Below are positions 48,501 through 60,759 of a stretch of 64,000 nucleotides of DNA, piece by piece. How positions within the stretch are numbered: position 1 is the first letter of the stretch; each line of letters begins with the position of its first letter. Under the pieces are notes generated by a model, which was not told where the DNA came from, made no database searches, and saw only the letters and a list, made by a program, of their open reading frames with translations. The stretch is from Felis catus (taxonomy: Eukaryota), in assembly GCF_018350175.1 (NCBI RefSeq), contig NC_058369.1, positions 20,710,001 through 20,774,000 on the forward strand. Direction: 5' to 3'. The translations under genes were made by a program, and so were the position numbers.

Positions 48501-51385
48501 AAATGGCAGAACTGTTTTAAAATCTGGAGTGTGTCTGCACAAACAACAGCTAGTCTGCCCAGGGAAGAGGTACACCAAGAGCCCCACAGAGTGGTCAGGC
48601 AGCTCGGCCCATGCGAGAGCAGACCCTGTGCTCCCACCTTCCCCACCAGCATGAAACTAGGCACCTCACACAAGCAGCGCATCAAATAGGGAACCCCCAG
48701 GACATGGGCGGTTGAGGGGGGAAGGTCAGGATGTCTCAAAACAAACAGGCCATTCTATCCAATTCCCCAAAGCTCACAGAAAAAAGTTCTTAGCCTTGTT
48801 GAGTTAGGTCAGCGGAGCTACAACAACCTGGATATTTCACAAACTCAAACGTCAGGAGACCCAGACTGGCAGGGCTGGGTGGGCCTGCCCCCGCCTGCTT
48901 CCCACTGCACGCATGTTCTAGTCCTGGAGCCCAGCAGCCCCCAGTGAGTCACAGGAACCTGAACGTGACATCACAGCATGGCTGTGGCCAGCCTGAAGCA
49001 CGGGTGCCATAAAAAAAAACCATAGTTGGAGCAGGAATTTTCATGGCTTGGTATTTTTAAAAAGCAGCAAGATGTGAAACTGGAGTCGAAAATAACTCTG
49101 CTGTGGGCTTCTGAGGCAAAACCACCAAGCCGCTTGTTGGGCCGGGGCCCCTCGCTGCAGCCTCCCCAGCTCCTGGGCACTGTGCACGCCTCTGTGCCCC
49201 ACCCCTTACCCTTGAGAAAGACTGAGGGACTCTGGAACTCCCAGACACCACCCAAACCTCTGTCACTCAGGAGTCCGCAAAGGAAGCAAAGGGAGCCAAC
49301 CCGGGAGGTGAGCTCATGCAGTGAGGCTAGTTGTGGAAAGCAGCCTCTCCCTGCTCATTGGTGAGTCTTCCAGCATCTGTGAAAAGGACCCCTAGATCAC
49401 CTGACGCACCCCCACAAGAACATGAGGGGAAAGGTCACGGCCTCTGTCTGGATGCATGCTGAATGCCTATCACCAGGCAGGCAGCCCTGGCAGCCACAGG
49501 ACCCACCCTGGAGTCCTTCTTCCAGGGGAGGGGAGATATAAAGGCGACTCATGGAAAGAAGGACCTGAGGGAAGTCCTGGCCTCACGTGCGGTGCTGACC
49601 TCTGTTGCCCATCCCACGGGACAGGTAGATGGGCAGTGCCTAAAGGCTCCCCTGTATAGAGATGGAAAACCAAGGTTTACTCAGATCCACACAGATGGAA
49701 ACAGGCAAAGCTGGGTCAGAGCAGCTGGGGCTTCTGACTCCTGGTCAGGGCTTTTCTCTGGATCCCACAGGCCTCCAAGGTCAAGCCACCTTTCTCAGGA
49801 AGAGAAGACTTGGGGCAGGTCCAGCAGGTTAGTAACCCATGGTAGCCATAGGACAGGTGCGTGTGTGTGTGTGTATGTATGTATGGACGGGGTCACGAGA
49901 GAAAGAGGGGGTACACAGCCCCCACTCAGGACCTCAGCCCCAGGAGTTCCTGAGAATTCCCATGATGGGGTTTTGAGGAGCAAAAAGTCGCTAAAGAGAA
50001 ACCTAAACCCCATTATTAAGAAATACTTTTTTCAACAACCATTAAGATAACTGGATTCAAAGAACAGCTATCACAGTAAGTATACAACTTTGAAGGGCTT
50101 CAATCTTGGCCCAGTGCCTGGGTCTGGGTTCAAGGCTCCCATCTAATGGGCCCCATGACCCATCCCTGATTTTCAACAGCCCCTGGGCACCTCAGTTCCC
50201 CATCATCTCCTGGGCTCCCCTTCCTGGATCTGGGGAAAGATCTCTTCCTTTTCTCCCTGTTGTCCTAGCGCCTAGCCAGACCACTAGAGTCTCACTGGCA
50301 GCTCAAGAGCATTCCTGGGACTCAAGTCCAGCAGTTGCAGAGGCCTGTGGAATGTCCACTCTTGACACTCCTGTGTCACCTGGCCACCCTGGTACTTTCC
50401 CACATTCTCCTGGGAGCACGTCGACTTCGTGCTGTGCTTTATGAAATAGCTGGTGCCGGTCCTGCTAACCAAGAGCTTCCCAACAGTGCTCAGAGGACAT
50501 AAGCTGGCTCGGCTGTCCCCGCTTTACGAGGGAGGAAACTAAGGCTCTGGGGAGCAATGTCACCTGCCTAAAGTCACCCAGGTGATTAATGGTGGGGTTG
50601 GTCCTCAAATCCAGGAGGGCAGATGTGTCCAGGCTGATGGGCAGGTGGCTCACTCTGCTCCCCGGAGCTGGTAGGGATGTGTAAGACCAGAGAGACCCCA
50701 GCTGTTCAGAACATGGCATCCAGCTGGGATCAGGGTCCCCAGGAGCTCTCAGTGGAGGAATCTGTGAAGCCCTCAACAGCAACCTCACAGGAGTAAGGAG
50801 GGGTATCTCCTGTATAAAGAAGGGCCATGGCAAGGGGTATGCTCTCTGGCCAGGGACCTGAGGGTTGCCCGGCTCTGTAATCACAGAGCAAGAACATCTG
50901 GCCGTAACTTTCAGGAAGATCAAGTTTGGCTTGCAGACGGACTCCTGGATAAAGCCATTCCTGACCACATGAAAACTGTCTAGCAGGGGAAGCCCCAGGC
51001 TGAGTGGCCCCTGGGGCTGGCCCATGCACAAGCAGTTACTCTCACCCTATCCACACCTGGCATGGTGCCAGCTGCTGGGCACCAAGTGGGAGGATGACAT
51101 GAGGGCCACGAAGGAGAGCCCTTGGAAAGCTGCAGGTCTCAGACAGATGGCAGGAGGAGGAGGAGGACGGCAATGAGGACATGACCCCACACTCTGCAGA
51201 CTTCCCATCTAAAACAACTCCCTGCCAGGCCAGGCCGGTCCAGACAGCACACCTGCTCCGGGAATGGCCAAAGGCCTGTGAACCTTGTAACGTGTTCCAA
51301 AGTTATCTCCCTGAATGGATACACTTTTGAAAAACAACATATGCACTTTATAGAAAAGGTGTTCCTAAAGAAATAAAATGGTAAA

Positions 51386-51601
51386 GGGGTGCCTGGGTGA
51401 CCCAGTCGGTTAAACTTCTGACTTCAGCTCAGGTCATGATCTCACAGGTTGTGGGTTCGAGCCCCAAGTCAGGCTCTCTGCTGTCAGTGCAGAGCCTGCT
51501 TTGAATCCTCTGTCTCCCTCTCTTTCTGCCCCTCCCCTGCTTGCAATCTCTCTCTCTTAAAAATAAATAAGCATTAAAAAAAAAAAAGTAAAAACAACAA
51601 C
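51386..51601 (+). mobile_element. Full-length Can-SINE
   Basis: GGGGTGCCTGGGTGACCCAGTCGGTTAA...GGTTCGAGCCCC...(CT)-rich tract, AAAATAAATAA and an A-tail. TSD AAAATGGTA at 51375-51383 and 51602-51610. Confidence 0.93.
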
Positions 51602-51934
51602 AAAATGGTACAACCCCAAATTGGGAGTCAAAGGGCTGCATTTTGGATGCTGCACATACCCTAAGGGCATGTTGCTTTCCTTGGGATGACAGGCCTTATG
51701 GCCTGGCCTGGGAGGGAAGCCACCCGGCTCGCTCACTGGCCCCAGACACAGAAAGGGCTCAAGGAATGAAGGGAACTCGCCACCCCCATTGTGAGGGCTG
51801 AGGAATGGCTATCCTGGGCAGGGAGGTAGTGGGGAGCTGGGAGAGCTATTTCTCGTGCTGCTGGGATCCCCCCGCCACCTCTGCCAGGCCATGAATAATG
51901 ACAAGGGGCGGCACATGGCGCTGCTGGACACCAC

Positions 51935-52085
51935 CCAAAGAGCCTCACACAAGCCGATGCATCTAATCCTCACAAGAAGCCCATAAGTGGGTACTATTAT
52001 CATTCTGTATTCCAGACTTGGAAACTGAGGCACAGAGGTTAAGTACCTTACCCAAGGTTACTGAGATCTTGACCCAAGCAAGCTG
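51935..52085 (-). mobile_element. MIR relic
   Basis: TAATCCTCACAA...GTACTATTATCATT...GGAAACTGAGGCACAGAGGTTAAGTACCTTACCCAAGGT, the reverse MIR core. Confidence 0.78.
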
Positions 52086-54204
52086 AGTCACATCTCTCCA
52101 TGGCACACTCAGCTGCCCAACCTCCGAGTCTCTGCTTTGCACAGAGGTGCCACTGAAGAGGACTGAGAACGGGTCCTGGGCCTTCACACTGGTGTAAATG
52201 GGCTACGAACATCCAGAGAGGAAGACTCAATCACTGGGCCACACCAGCCTGTTGAGCAGGAAGCCAGGCTCTGAGGACTGTGAGCTTCCACAACGGGGTG
52301 TCCTGCTCATATCACCCAGGGGCTGGAGGCTCTGTGACTCACTCAGTAAACATCCCCAGTCACTGCAGCCCCCACAGTGCTTCCCTGGAGGATATTCTGC
52401 AGGATGGACGACCAAAGGACCTGGAAGGCAGCTTCCCTCTCAGAAGCCTCTTTGAAGTAGACTTCCCTGGGGGAGGAGGGGGGGGGGCGGGGAAGGGCAG
52501 CGAAGCGGTGAGATAGAGAATAGCATAATTCAGACGACTGTGAAGTGTGAGTCACTGTTGGGGTGGCTGACAGCACCTCTCCAGAGCAGAGAGGCACATT
52601 GGGATGGTAAGGAGCATTCACTGAGGGGGGCAGCATGTGTCAATACCTACAGACCAAGGAGGCTCAGAGGCCGCTGAGCAACCTGCATAGGTAGCTACAC
52701 ACAGCAGGGTTACCTGGCTCTAGGCCTCAGAGGAGCCTCCAGAGAGGGGACTGCCCACAGCCAGGCTGGTCCCAAGAGGAGGGAAATCCCGACGCCACTG
52801 GGGACAGCTCTGGCTGTGGCTAGGACACCTCAGCTAGAGCCCCAAATCCAGGAGAGGAGGTAGACCTGAAAAAAACCAGTGACCAAGCTCAAAGACAGCA
52901 TCTAATTAGCACAAATGCAACTCCTACCACTTTGAAATGGGCTGAGGCCTCAAGTGGGGGCTTCATCTGTGGAACCCAAGTTTCTTCAGGATGTGTCAAG
53001 TCCATCAGGAACATGTCTCACTTGGTGGCATTCAGGAATGCACACCATTTGGCAAAGCAGGTGACTGGCTGATGGGCCTGGCATCTGGTTGAGGGCGGAG
53101 TGCTGTTTGGATCCACCAAGGGGCTGGACAGCGTGAGGTAGGACGAGGGTGCTACAGTCATCCAGACCCTGGGCCAGAGGCCCAGGCCACAAGAGAGCCT
53201 TCATTATTCTCTCTGATGCCAGTTTCTTACAAAGTTACTATCACACTCTGAACTGCTAACACATAACAAAACCTCCCATGTGCACTCCTGAAATACAGCA
53301 ACGGGAAATGCTTTTAGTGCTATACTCCAAAGAAGTGATCCAATGAAGCTATTTTTAACCATCTTCTCAGACTTAATTTCCAATTTTATCCTATAAAGTT
53401 CTAATTGATTCCACCTCCCCTGATCTCTCACTTGACAAGGCTGTGAAGAACATGAGGCAGGCTTGGCAGTTTCTGACGCATCTGAGGTGGGGGATGTGCA
53501 TGTTGCTCATACTTCTCTCTTAGCACGTGCCTTCTCAAGGGTTAACAGATTTTCCAAAATGTCTGTATGAGGTGCCCGCAGTTCCCCCGGCCTCCAGCCA
53601 CTGATGCCTGGCCTTTCCCTTCAAATGTCCTTCCTTCACCGGGCCCAAGGTGTGCAGCACCAGCCGGGATGCTGTGACACTCCGTGGACCACGTGACATG
53701 ACGGAGAAGAGCTTTTCTCACTTGGCCCCAGATCCAAGTGAGCCTCATCACCGGGTGGGCTCCAGAGGGAGGGAAAGGATGCCACACCACTTCAGCTCCA
53801 TCTCCGTCAGAGATTCAAGGGTCCTTTGCCTTCTTCCCACACCCTTGCTCTACCCATGAGCTGGCACAGGAAAAGGCTGTCTGCACCCATAGCCTAGGCG
53901 GGGAAGGGTCTGAGGACCTTTAAATCCTGCCTTGCCACCGCCCCCCCCCCCCCATATGCCCCATGTCAGCCACACTGGGCCTTTTGCCCATTGCCTGGAT
54001 GTGCCCATGGCCCCCTCCAGTCCTGCAGGCAGTCTGCTCCCTCTGCCAGCACTGCTCTCACGCCCCTGGTATTGGCTGCCACCTTTCGCCAGGGCATTTT
54101 GCTCTTACGGAAACTGCTGCGCTACAATTCTGTATTGGGACCTGACAGATGTCCACGTGCTCCAGAGGCCGGGGCCCACGTCCATCTTGACGATGGTGGT
54201 CAGC

Positions 54205-54430
54205 ACACAGCTAACATTTATTGAGCAGCTACCTAGAGCCAGGCATAAGCCAAACACTTCCCACAGATTCATCTCCTTTGATCCTGACCACAAACGTGGG
54301 ATGTGGAGTCCATGACCACTGCACATCACAGAGGAACCCACCAGGGCTTAGAGAGCCGAAGGGATTTTGCCAAGGTTGCATGGAGGATAAGGAGCAGTGC
54401 CAGCTCAAACCCAGAGCCTGGGCTCCCAGA
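54205..54430 (-). mobile_element. MIR relic
   Basis: AGCTAACATTTATTGAGC...GCCAGGCA...ATCTCCTTTGATCCTGACCAC...TTTGCCAAGGTTGCA...CTCAAACCCAG. Confidence 0.65.
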
Positions 54431-54671
54431 CGCCTTGACTCACTGCTTACAGTTCCCTGGCACGTCCCTGGAGTGCCCACCCGGTGATGTGCAGGATGAA
54501 TGGACAGTGTTTCCTCCAAAGCTCTGCTGCAGCCCAGGCCAGCCCTGGGAGGGCATACCCTGGCAGGATCTAGCACTGCTGATTTTAGGGTCCAGTGGCC
54601 TGGCCGGGGCTTGGATGGTTCTGAGAGCCAGGATCTCAGGGCAGGCACTGCAATTTCATTAATTTGGCCTA

Positions 54672-54932
<261 letters not shown>

Positions 54933-57090
54933 CTAAAGACAACGAAAAGAAAGGGAGTCCTTCAGTCTTCATTCAGTGCTTAAAGAAACAACAGAGGAAG
55001 GAACAGCCCCTCTGAAGGATGAAGTAAAAAACCACCAGTAAACTGGAGAAAATGAGTTCCAAATATTGGCGGGAAACACAGTGAGGGGGTACTCCCACAA
55101 CCGGGCCACACGCCCCCTTCCAGGACTTCCTTTCTAAGCAGAGGCTGTGAGTGAGGAGCGCAATCAGAGCATTTGGCAGTGTGGGCCAGAGGGGCCTGGA
55201 AGGGATGTGCGGGTGGGCCGGTGAGTGCACTCCGCTGGCTCCTGGTGGCCATCAGGGCGGCCAGGCCAGCTGCTGGCTCTTCAAGCAGCCTACACCCCCC
55301 AGTAGGCCTCTCAGAGTCCAGAGACCCTGACGCCAGCCTGGCTCTGAAGCCACCCCTCTTCCTGGTCAGATCAATGCCAATTCCCCACCCCCCAGCGCAG
55401 GGATAGCCTAGAACCGGGGGGATGTTCTAATCCCGCCCTAGTGCACATCCCCTGGGAAAACAGGCATTCTGTGTGAACATCCTGGCCAGATGGCTGGTGG
55501 GAGTCAGAATCCACAGGACAGGCACCCTGGGCTCTTTAGACAGGATTCCGGGAATGTGAGGAATCAGTGTTTCTGCCTAAGATCCTTCTGCTCCCAAACG
55601 CAGAAGCCATCCTAACCTCTGTCCACGCCACCCCCCACAACCACTGAGCACAAGTGATTTCCTAAGGGGACTCATCCCAGTCCTACATGTGTCCCCCCCA
55701 AATTCAGGCACCAGTCTGCACACAGATGAATGCCTCTCCTAACCTAGGAAGTGCTGTGCAGGGTGGGATTCCCAAGGACACAGTCAGCAGATGCCCCAGT
55801 TTGGTCTTGGAGCCTCCAATTCCTCCGTGGACATGACATATTTGGTGAGGCTCACACTCTTGGCCTGGCCCAAAGGCCCCAGTAACCCATAAATGCAGCT
55901 ACACTTAGGGCTCAGGGCCTTAAACCATGACCTCACTAACGGCACTAACAGACATCCCAAATGTCACCACATTACTCCCTGACTTTGCTAGTCCTCCAGG
56001 GCTCTCTGCTGCCTTTGGGAGAAAATTCAAGCCCCTTGACAAGGCACCCCGCTTCAGCCTACCTCCTTTCACAGCTCCCCTCCTGCTTCTGCACCCTCTA
56101 GCCCAACTCCCAAAGTCCTCCCTACTGGGAGGCCTCCCAAGGGCCCTCATCCGCCCTTCCTTTCCCCTGGCCCCAGCATCCTGTCCTCCACTCACTTTGC
56201 AACCCTGAACTCCTGATCAGAAGCTCCTCTGTACTCCCACACGCCTGTGGCTGCCCCACCCCAGCCACTGCATCCCCAGGACCAGGACACATGAGTGGGA
56301 TGGATCAATGCTGGCCTGCCCACAGGGCTTGCTGGCTGCCCATCCATGCGTCTATGTCCCTCTTTCTCCTGCCCACACTCATCACCCCTCTCCCTTCTGA
56401 ATCTAGGACATTACTGAGTTTAGAGCTTGCCAACTACCCAGATACCACAGAGCGAAGGCTACTCTACCTGGCACCCCTCCACCCCTCAATGCCATGGCCA
56501 GTGGAGTATACTAGTTTTGACTGGGGCTCACCTCGGATGCCTGCACACCTGTCCACTGTCTCACCCCAACACGGCTGCCTGCACACCTGCCACCAGCACC
56601 TAGCTTGCATCTCTGAGTCTCCCCATCTCTTGGATGAACCCACAGTGGCCAAGCCCTAGAAAGACGCTCTGCCCTGGACATGCTCACCTGGGTGGACATC
56701 AGAGTCCTTGAAAAGTATCACCCCAGGAGATGATTCCCAACCAGCCAAGGAGGGCAATTTAGCACATGGACCCTACTGCATATCTTCCTTTATTAGGAAA
56801 GTGTTCCAATCTCATAGATAACAAACTCTCCAGTCCACGTCCATTTGAACCTGGACAAATACAGGCTTTGGAGGTTACAAAGAAAGTGAATGTGAGACAC
56901 ATTCTTGAAAACAGGAACAGTGCCATGTGTGCAAACCCATCGTGTGCGTGTCTGCTGTGGTGCTACAGCCGTTTTGTAAGACCCTAGCCCACCAGGGCTG
57001 GGGTTCCAGGCCTCTAGGAATCAATGCCCTTGGCTAGTGAAAGCCCTGACAGTTGTGGGTGTTTTGTTTTGTTTTTTTCCTCTTCTTTTT

Positions 57091-57567
57091 TGTAATGCGA
57101 GTGCTTGACTTCAGCTTGACTGCTCAGGCATCCACTTCAAAGAGGCATCCGCTGGAAAAGGGCTATCTTGAATAAACACATTGCCAGCACACGACCAGAT
57201 AAAGAGCCAGGCCACCTCCCACTGCACAGGCTCCTTTGTCTTAAGAGATCTTGGTAGATTTTTGATAACTGACCATTGGACCACTTGTTTTTTTCTTAAA
57301 TTCCCACTCTTAAGTTTCAAATCCACCAATAAAGAGTGAGCCCTTAAAATTCCTAGGCCCCTACCTTCAATCCCAATAAAAGTAGAACCCCAGGCCTATG
57401 AGTGCCCACTCTCTATCTGCCAACCTCAACCATGTCATGTGGCCTCACGTGTGCTATTTCTAGGTACTGAAAGTAATAAACCTTTATTTTTTCAAAGTTT
57501 CCTGATGGTTACTGCTGATGGGAGTCTTATAATCATATAAGAACTAAGGGGCGGTTCAACCACAACA
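57091..57567 (+). mobile_element. Probable ERV solo LTR (family not assigned)
   Basis: A ~475-bp compositionally distinct block starting TGT and ending ACA. It has CCAAT, AATAAAA (TATA-like) and AGTAATAAACC (polyA-like) in LTR order. No clear TSD. Confidence 0.5.
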
Positions 57568-57734
57568 CTGGTTATTGACACAGATTGGCACACAATGTTA
57601 GATCCCAATGTCGATCCAGAAGTCCATTCCGAAAGGAAACATTTCAGAAGGCTTGACCAGACGCTACCTCACTGCAGCAGCCCCCAGACCCAGGTGGCAA
57701 TGTCAGGAGACACAGCAGAGTGCAGAGAGGATGA

Positions 57735-57895
57735 GCAGGGACTCAGGCTTGGCTCACATCAAGCTCCACCACTCACCGGCAAGGTGGCCCTGGGCAAGAG
57801 GCTTAACCTCCCTGGGCCTCCACCTCCTCATCTGCAAGATGGGGGTGATGATTGGGCCTGCCCCACAAAGGGCTGGGCTGTGAAAGGCACTTATC
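57735..57895 (+). mobile_element. MIR relic
   Basis: GTGGCCCTGGGCAAGAGGCTTAACCTCCCTGGGCCTCC...CCTCATCTGCAAGATGGGGGTGATGAT. Confidence 0.7.
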
Positions 57896-58207
57896 TGATA
57901 TCATCAGTGGACCTTTCTTGAGAAGTAGCCACGGCCCTGTGCCCACTACTTCCAAAGGACCCCCACCTTTTGGACACGCACACTCTTCCTTTGGACAGTG
58001 AGTTCCCCGTGGCTCCCTCAGGAGAGGCCATGAGAAGGAGGGTGGGAGTCAGGCAGCCCTCTGTCCCGACAGCCAGCATCCTTGAGGAGTGGTCAGACGG
58101 ACGCTGCCTGCTGCCTGGGAAAGATGGAATGGAAATTCTGAGTGTTTCTGAAAAACGGCCCAGAAACTGACAGTGCCGAGCGGAGTCTCTGGAAGCCCAG
58201 TGATGGC

Positions 58208-58233
58208 GGGGGGGGGGGGGGGGGGGGGGGGGG
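58208..58233 (+). repeat. Poly-G run (26 nt)
   Basis: Seen directly. Confidence 0.9.
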
Positions 58234-58639
58234 TGGCGGGAGGAGGGAGCACCACTGACTCGCAACAGGAACCCTCCTTCTGAGCCAAAACCGAGCCAGC
58301 TCCAAAGGTGCACTGAGGACAGCAGCCATGTGTCAAGTCAGGGAGGTAGCCTTGGGAGGAAAGGAAAGCAGGAACCACCGTGTTTTCCCACCTACTCCAA
58401 GCTTCACAGGCTGCGTCCATTATACAATAAAGGAGACTGAGGCTCAGAAAGAAAGTGACTGTCGGAAGGTTCCCAGCCTCAAGCCTCACTCACAAGGTCC
58501 AGGGTCCTGCCTGCCCCAGGCTATTCCTCCAGCCACGCCGTTTGGTCCCTGTCCACCAGGACATGGCCCTTTTCTGCTTCCTTGTCCTCTCAACAGTGGA
58601 CATTATAGCACTTAACACACCACCAGGCCAGCATATAAA

Positions 58640-59052
58640 GATGGCAGTCACTGCTGTCTACTTATTACCTACCATGTGCCAGCGTTTATACATGTCACTT
58701 CGCTTAATCCTTATAGGGGCCCTTCACAGCAGGTGTTAGTAACCTTCTTTTTTCTTTCTTTCTTTTTTTTTTTTTTTAAAGTTTATTTATTTATTTTTGA
58801 GGCCGAGGTGGGGGGTGGGGAGAGAAAATCCCAAGCAGGCTCCAAGCTGGCAGCATGGAGCCCAACGTGGGGCTCAAACCCATGAACCCGTGAGATCATG
58901 ACCTGAGCAGAAACCAAGAGTCAGACGCTTAACCAACTGAGTCACCCAGGTTCCCCTTAACCTTATTTTTCAGATGGGGAAGGAGGCTCAGGGAGGTAAG
59001 AATCTTGCTTGAAGTCACTCAGGAAACGACAGAGCGGAGATCAGAACCCAAA
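58640..59052 (-). mobile_element. MIR relic split by a Can-SINE
   Basis: CCTACCATGTGCCAG...CTTAATCCTTATA...[SINE]...ATTTTTCAGATGGGGAAGGAGGCTCAGGGAGGTAAG...CTTG...GTCAC. Confidence 0.7.
58747..58956 (-). mobile_element. Can-SINE inserted inside a MIR
   Basis: Poly-T tail and SINE body. TAACCTT is duplicated on both sides, and MIR sequence resumes across the insertion. Confidence 0.88.
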
Positions 59053-59663
59053 GTACAGGCAGTTCCCTGACATCAGGCAGCTACTGACAGGTGACATGGC
59101 CTGCAGTTTTGCTTCCACACGCCCAGCTTCTCTTACATCCTGTGTTTAACACTTTTTGCGTCATTCCCCCACCCACCTGCCCTGGAATGCCTGCCTGGCG
59201 CAGAGCTGAACACACAGCGGGCCCTCCACACACACTGGATGCCTCAAAGAGCCAAGCCCACCACGGTGACATTCCTGTGTAATGAAACCTTCCCAAGGCA
59301 AAGGGCCAACAGTCCCACCTGACACAGCATCGTGGCCACTCACCTGCACTCCAGCACCCTGGAGATGTGGTATTTCCCAGAGCTTGGCAAACAAGCGATA
59401 AGCAGAGATAAGATGACAAACAAGAGTGGGAAGGGACACACGTGCCAGGGCCGTGAGTAATGACAGTGATGGAATAACTGGAGCAGCACTGAAGGAGGAA
59501 AATCCTATCAGTGCTTTGCCCATTCAACATCAAAGGGTCCTGGGGCCCTGCCTGGTGGTTCGCAGGCATAGCATGCATGAGTAAAGTCACATTAGCCTAC
59601 ATGTACATACCTACAGAGCTGTACCAAGTTGTCATCTTTCACTTGTGCCAAATATAAACATCT

Positions 59664-59876
59664 CATTATTTATTATTGTTATTTTTTATTTTAGACAAAG
59701 AGGGAGAGAGAGTGTGCCAGTGGGGGAGAGGGACAGAGGGAGAGAGAGAGAATCTTAAGCAGATTCCACACTCAGCACGGAGCCCGACACAGGGATTGAT
59801 CCCATGACCCTGGGATCATAACTTGAGCAGAAATCAAGAGTCAGCTACTCAACTGACTAAGCCACCCAGGCACCCC
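59664..59876 (-). mobile_element. Can-SINE
   Basis: (TTA)n tail, GA-rich tract, body ending GCCACCCAGGCACCCC. CAAATATA flanks both ends. Confidence 0.88.
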
Positions 59877-59910
59877 AAATATATACAGCTTAACATCAAA
59901 ATAAAAAAAA

Positions 59911-60124
59911 GGTGGGGTAGCTTAGTTGGGTTAAGCATCCAATTCTTAATTTCAGCTCAGGTCGTGATCTCATGGTTCAGTTCGTAGGATCGATCCTTGC
60001 GTCGGGCTCTATGCTGACAGTGCTGGGGCCTGCTAGGGATTCTCTATTCTCTCCCTCTCTCTGTTCCTCCCCTGCTTGTACTCTCTCTCTCAAAATAAAT
60101 ACACAAACATTAAAAAAAAAAAAA
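59911..60124 (+). mobile_element. Can-SINE (diverged head)
   Basis: TTAAGCATCC...TTCAGCTCAGGTCGTGATCTCATGGTT...CT tract, CAAAATAAAT and an A-tail. Confidence 0.85.
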
Positions 60125-60127
60125 GTG

Positions 60128-60271
60128 GGGGGGAAGGCACCTGACTGGAGTGACTCACTTGATTAAGCATCCGACTCTTGATTTCAGCTCAGGTCATGCT
60201 TTCACGGTTTGTGAGATAGAGCCCCGCATTGGGCTCTACACAGACAGCATGGAGCCTGCTTGAAATATTCA

Positions 60272-60322
<51 letters not shown>

Positions 60323-60378
60323 CCCCCCCCACTTGCATGCTCTCACTCTCTCAAAAATAAATAAAACACTAAAAAAAA
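60128..60378 (+). mobile_element. Can-SINE with expanded (CT)n tract, in tandem with the previous copy
   Basis: GATTAAGCATCCGACTCTTGATTTCAGCTCAGGTCATG...(CT)n at ~60277-60320, AAAAATAAATAAAA and an A-tail. Confidence 0.88.
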
Positions 60379-60759
60379 TTTTTTTTTAAAAAGCTGAAAA
60401 CTCAGAAAAGACAAATCTGTTTAACTGTGGAAATCTCATTTGGGGTGTGTAGGGGTCCCCTCTCACCCCACCCTGGTGTGGGATCCTGGGCTCTCATAGC
60501 AGGTTAAACTGCTTGTCTCAGTTTCTGCTGCTGCCAGACTATCACATGCCACCAGGAACTCACACTTTGCAAACAGTAGAAACTGCAGAAATATCTGTGG
60601 TTGATCTCAGTCACTTAAACACATGGGTCACTAACCATAAATTTTCATTAAAAAACACAACAACAAAATAGCCTGCAGGTCTTCCTTGTGACAAGAAGTC
60701 AACCCATCTGGACTGACTATGGTCTCACTTATTCATCATCAAGATGCAGATATGGATAA

